The position numbers and the translations under genes are program-made. Shown here one piece after another: positions 61,000 to 64,000 of a stretch of 64,000 bases of DNA. The notes below the pieces were generated by a model. That model ran no database searches. It saw only the letters and a list, made by a program, of their open reading frames with translations, and had not been told where the DNA came from. Source of the DNA: Epiperipatus broadwayi (Eukaryota; Animalia; Onychophora); contig JAQFVV010000002.1 of assembly GCA_028023455.1 (NCBI GenBank), forward strand, positions 29,140,001-29,204,000. Reading direction: 5' to 3'. The number at the start of each line of letters is the position of its first letter. Position 1 is the stretch's first letter.

Positions 61000-61450
61000 T
61001 ATGACGGGAGTTATTGTAAGCAATATATATGAATAGATGAAGAAATGCAAAGAAAGTAAAAGGAGAAAAATAAGAATATAACTCAACAAATATAGCTAGT
61101 ACAAAAAAGCAAGCTAAGACAATTTCTGAAGAAAAGAAGAAATATGAAAATACATAAAAATGATGCATTAAGAAGGATTGAAGATTTAGGATTTTGTAAG
61201 ATGGTGCCAAAAAGAATTGATAATGATAGAAAAAAGTATATTGTGAATTAGTAAGGAAAACTATAGAAAAGAATAAAAATCTTAAGAGTGTAAAACAACA
61301 TATTGGTAGGAAATTTATTTCTGCAATTAAAAAAAAAATGGAACTATTACTAAAAAGACAAATGACAACATGAAATGTATAGAAGAGTTCTATCAAGAAT
61401 TATATACCAATAAAGTTTATCAAAGGAAAATTAATTACTCACAAAGGAAT
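61000..61450 (+). pseudogene. RTE LINE linker-region fragment
   Basis: YCELVRKTIEKNKNLK...IGRKFISAIKK..GT...DNMKCIEEFYQELY (frameshifted). ORF 60953-61396 on the minus strand is its antisense shadow. Confidence 0.6.
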
Positions 61451-61689
61451 AATTTGCATGACCAAAGACTATTAAACATGTTGATATATATATAATATTA
61501 TAATTCAATGTCTGTATTTCTTCAAATCAGTATACATAATCTTATAATTGAATATTTATAAATAGAGTAATTAGATATATGTAAAGTAATAACTTTAAAA
61601 TTTTTTATCCACTTAGGAGCGCTTTTGATTATCCTCGTAGTCTTTGTCAACTAACACTTTGAAAGGCTAACCTTCCCACAATTCCATGA

Positions 61690-62480
61690 TCTTAAAGTTT
61701 GCTGTCTGTCTGTCTGTTAATTAAGTCTTTTTTGTATTTGTATATTAGCAAAGCTTCCTTTATTTTCCTTTTGTTATTTTTTTCAATTTGCAATATTTTT
61801 ACATTATTATAATTGAAGTTAAAACCATAAATATGTGACTTATTATGGACGTAAAAAATGAATACTGAAACATTATTATTTACTTTGCAATTTTGTTTTG
61901 TTTTCTGAACCCTTTTTAATAACAGCAAGTGGTCTTTAGTTCTTTTTTCCAACGTGCATTTCAATTATCCTATATATCCGCTACCACACCTACATATCCA
62001 TTTGTAAATGGTGCAATTTTTATTTATAAATGAGGTTTTATCTTTAGAGTTATTTATTAATTTGTTTAATGTAGGATGTGTGTAAAACCTTATAAAATAT
62101 ACTTGATTATTCGAAATATATGGTATTGATAACCATATTTTTTAATTAGCTGGAGAATCAATATTATTAATAATATTTTTATTCTTATATTTCATATTAA
62201 AATTTTTAATAACATTATATATATATATGATTATAATTGTAGCCAACATTTAACAATTCATTCGAATACATTTCAATATTTTTAGCTTTATCCGGTGAAT
62301 ATTTACAAAGACTATTATTTCTAAATAAGAAGGACTTGAAACCTGCCGTTTTATGTGACATATATATTATATTTATAAAAATATAATTTTATTACAGTTG
62401 TTTTAATGCTTTATCTTTCCTATCGCATTGCCAAATCCATATAATATTAATATCATCTATATTATTTATTATTTTTTACA
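61690..62480 (-). pseudogene. Penelope-like element, C-terminal RT thumb/linker plus GIY-YIG endonuclease (inactivated)
   Basis: SHKTAGFKSFLFRNNSLCKYS...ELLNVGYN; ISIPYI; KDK..FINKNCTIYKWICRCGSGYIG*LKCTLEKRTKDH...HIYGFNF.YNNVKILQIEKNNKRKIKEALLI; stop at 61965-61967. Confidence 0.85.
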
Positions 62481-62500
62481 ATGCTTTTTTTATAACCTAA

Positions 62501-62540
62501 TATGACAGTTTCGATTGCCCCAACAATCTTCTTCAGAAAT
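62501..62540 (-). ncRNA. Minimal type I hammerhead ribozyme in a PLE pLTR
   Basis: UUU-CUGAAGA-A-GAUUGU uggg GCAAUC-GAAA-CUGUC|AUA. Confidence 0.82.
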
Positions 62541-62791
62541 ACATGAATATAAATATGTATACATGAACATATAATTTTACATTTTATATATAAACATCTT
62601 ATAATAATTTTTTAATTATTACCTTTTTATATACTATACATTTTACTCTTTTTTATATTTATAGATATATTAAACAACCTCCATACTTCCTCATTCTTCT
62701 TAAATTCATGTAAATAAAGATACAATAAAAGACAAATGACCCTTTATCAATTAATACTTCCTATAATCATATATATATATATTATTTTTGT

Positions 62792-63124
62792 TTCACTGAT
62801 CCTAGCCTGACACCTCAAGTTGTATACAAGATCTCATGCCCACATGTAGGCTGCAGCATCACGTATTATGGTGAAACGAAAGCCACTGTTAATAATAGAG
62901 CTACTCAGCATATGTATGCATATAAGAGAGCTCAAAATAAATGCGACAACACTTCAATATTCTTAGAACACGAAAAAGCAGCCGGTCATAAGTTTGAACC
63001 CTCCAACCCTCAGATTGTGTGTACTGAGAGAAACCATTGCAAAAGAAAAATAAAGGAAGTGTACTACATCATAAACGATCCACACACCATTAATAAAAAA
63101 GATAATGTGTTTCTCTATCTCTAA
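62792..63124 (+). CDS. Uninterrupted GIY-YIG endonuclease fragment of a second PLE family (5'-truncated, ~110 aa)
   Basis: DPSLTPQVVYKISCPHVGCSITYYGETKATVNNRATQHMYAYKR...EHEKAAGHKF...IVCTERNHCKRKIKEVYYI..DPHTINK; in frame with track ORF 62912-63124. Confidence 0.85.
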   Translation, partial: FTDPSLTPQVVYKISCPHVGCSITYYGETKATVNNRATQHMYAYKRAQNKCDNTSIFLEHEKAAGHKFEPSNPQIVCTERNHCKRKIKEVYYIINDPHTINKKDNVFLYL

Positions 63125-63874
63125 GAAGTAGTCGAGCTGATTGATCTTCTGATAGTAAAATTGGTTTGCATATGAAGACTAATTTGCATATATTAGCAAA
63201 TGTCAACAACACTACAATGTTTCTAATTCTTTGGTTATAAATAAGAGGCTAAAAGACCTCAAAAGTGCTAAGCCTGATATTTGATTACAATTTTTCTAAC
63301 TTCACCAACGAGCGTTTGAAGCGCAGTATAATTGTTCTTATTAATCTTTTAAATATTTAACTTTAACATTATATCTTTTATACTTTACACTATTATTATT
63401 TATTGTATTAACATTCAATATGTATAATTTTCTTTAACCTAAAATATTATTTTTTAACATATTTTGATACCTCCCTTCTACTTATATCTCCAAATCTTAA
63501 CTTCTAAATTCAAACTTTTAAATTTTACAGTTATACTGCAAAATTTAAAAGCTTGAATATTATCGGTTAAAGAAAATTATACATATTGAATGTTAATACA
63601 ATGAACAGTAATAACGTAAAGTATAAAAGATATGTTAGAGTAAATATTTAAAAGATTAATAAGAGTAAACTAAAAAATAAATGAATTTAAAATAATATAT
63701 ATATATGATTATAGGAAGTATTAATTGATAAATATAGAATATAAAAAAGAGTAAAATGTATAATATCCTAAAAAGATAATAATTAAATAATGATTATAAA
63801 ATGTATATATATAAAATATAAAATTATGTATTCATGCATTTTTATATTCATGTATTTGTATTATGGTTGTTATA

Positions 63875-63913
63875 GTTCTGAAGAAGATTGCAGAGGCAAT
63901 CGAAACTGTCAAT
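63875..63913 (+). ncRNA. Minimal type I hammerhead ribozyme, tandem copy 1
   Basis: GUU-CUGAAGA-A-GAUUGC agag GCAAUC-GAAA-CUGUC|AAU; predicted cleavage after position 63910. Confidence 0.88.
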
Positions 63914-63927
63914 GAAAATATAAGGAA

Positions 63928-63965
63928 GTTCTGAAGAAGGTTGCTGGGCAATCGAAATTGTCAAT
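63928..63965 (+). ncRNA. Minimal type I hammerhead ribozyme, tandem copy 2
   Basis: GUU-CUGAAGA-A-GGUUGC ugg GCAAUC-GAAA-UUGUC|AAU; starts 53 nt after copy 1. Confidence 0.82.
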
Positions 63966-64000
63966 AGTGGGTTGTAAAAAAAGCATTGTAAAAGTAATAA

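Noticed and set aside
60953-61396. 147-aa hydrophobic ORF as a membrane protein
   Set aside because: It is the antisense shadow of an A-rich RTE fragment on the plus strand.

Overview
Very AT-rich, apparently eukaryotic (invertebrate-like) DNA made almost entirely of transposon relics. No intact host gene, rRNA, CRISPR or prokaryotic operon can be supported, and most ORFs in the supplied track are chance ORFs or fragments of decayed transposons. Recognisable elements are RTE-type and Ingi/I-type LINE fragments, two decayed hAT (Charlie/SPIN/GTF2IRD2-like) transposase copies, a complete but dead Merlin element with TIRs and an 8-bp TSD, a hAT MITE, a pogo-like MITE, and at least four Penelope-like (PLE) GIY-YIG fragments. 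Two observations stand out. (1) Hammerhead ribozyme (HHR) motifs occur in inverted PLE arrays (54.5-58.0 kb, 60.7-64.0 kb) and in a small non-coding family built as a ~385-bp fold-back with a mirrored HHR in each arm, a ~40-nt asymmetric tail and 13-14-bp TSDs (11.2, 45.5, 56.0 kb, plus truncated copies at 0.5 and 47.0 kb). (2) An unclassified ~2.1-kb non-coding element family (5.8, 17.2, 19.4, 22.1 kb, plus an inverted relic at 21.6 kb) whose subfamilies are mostly unalignable yet share length, co-varying short terminal inverted repeats, a co-varying structured module and a motif pair spaced exactly 57 bp apart. All calls come from reading the sequence by eye; no database search or folding program was run.
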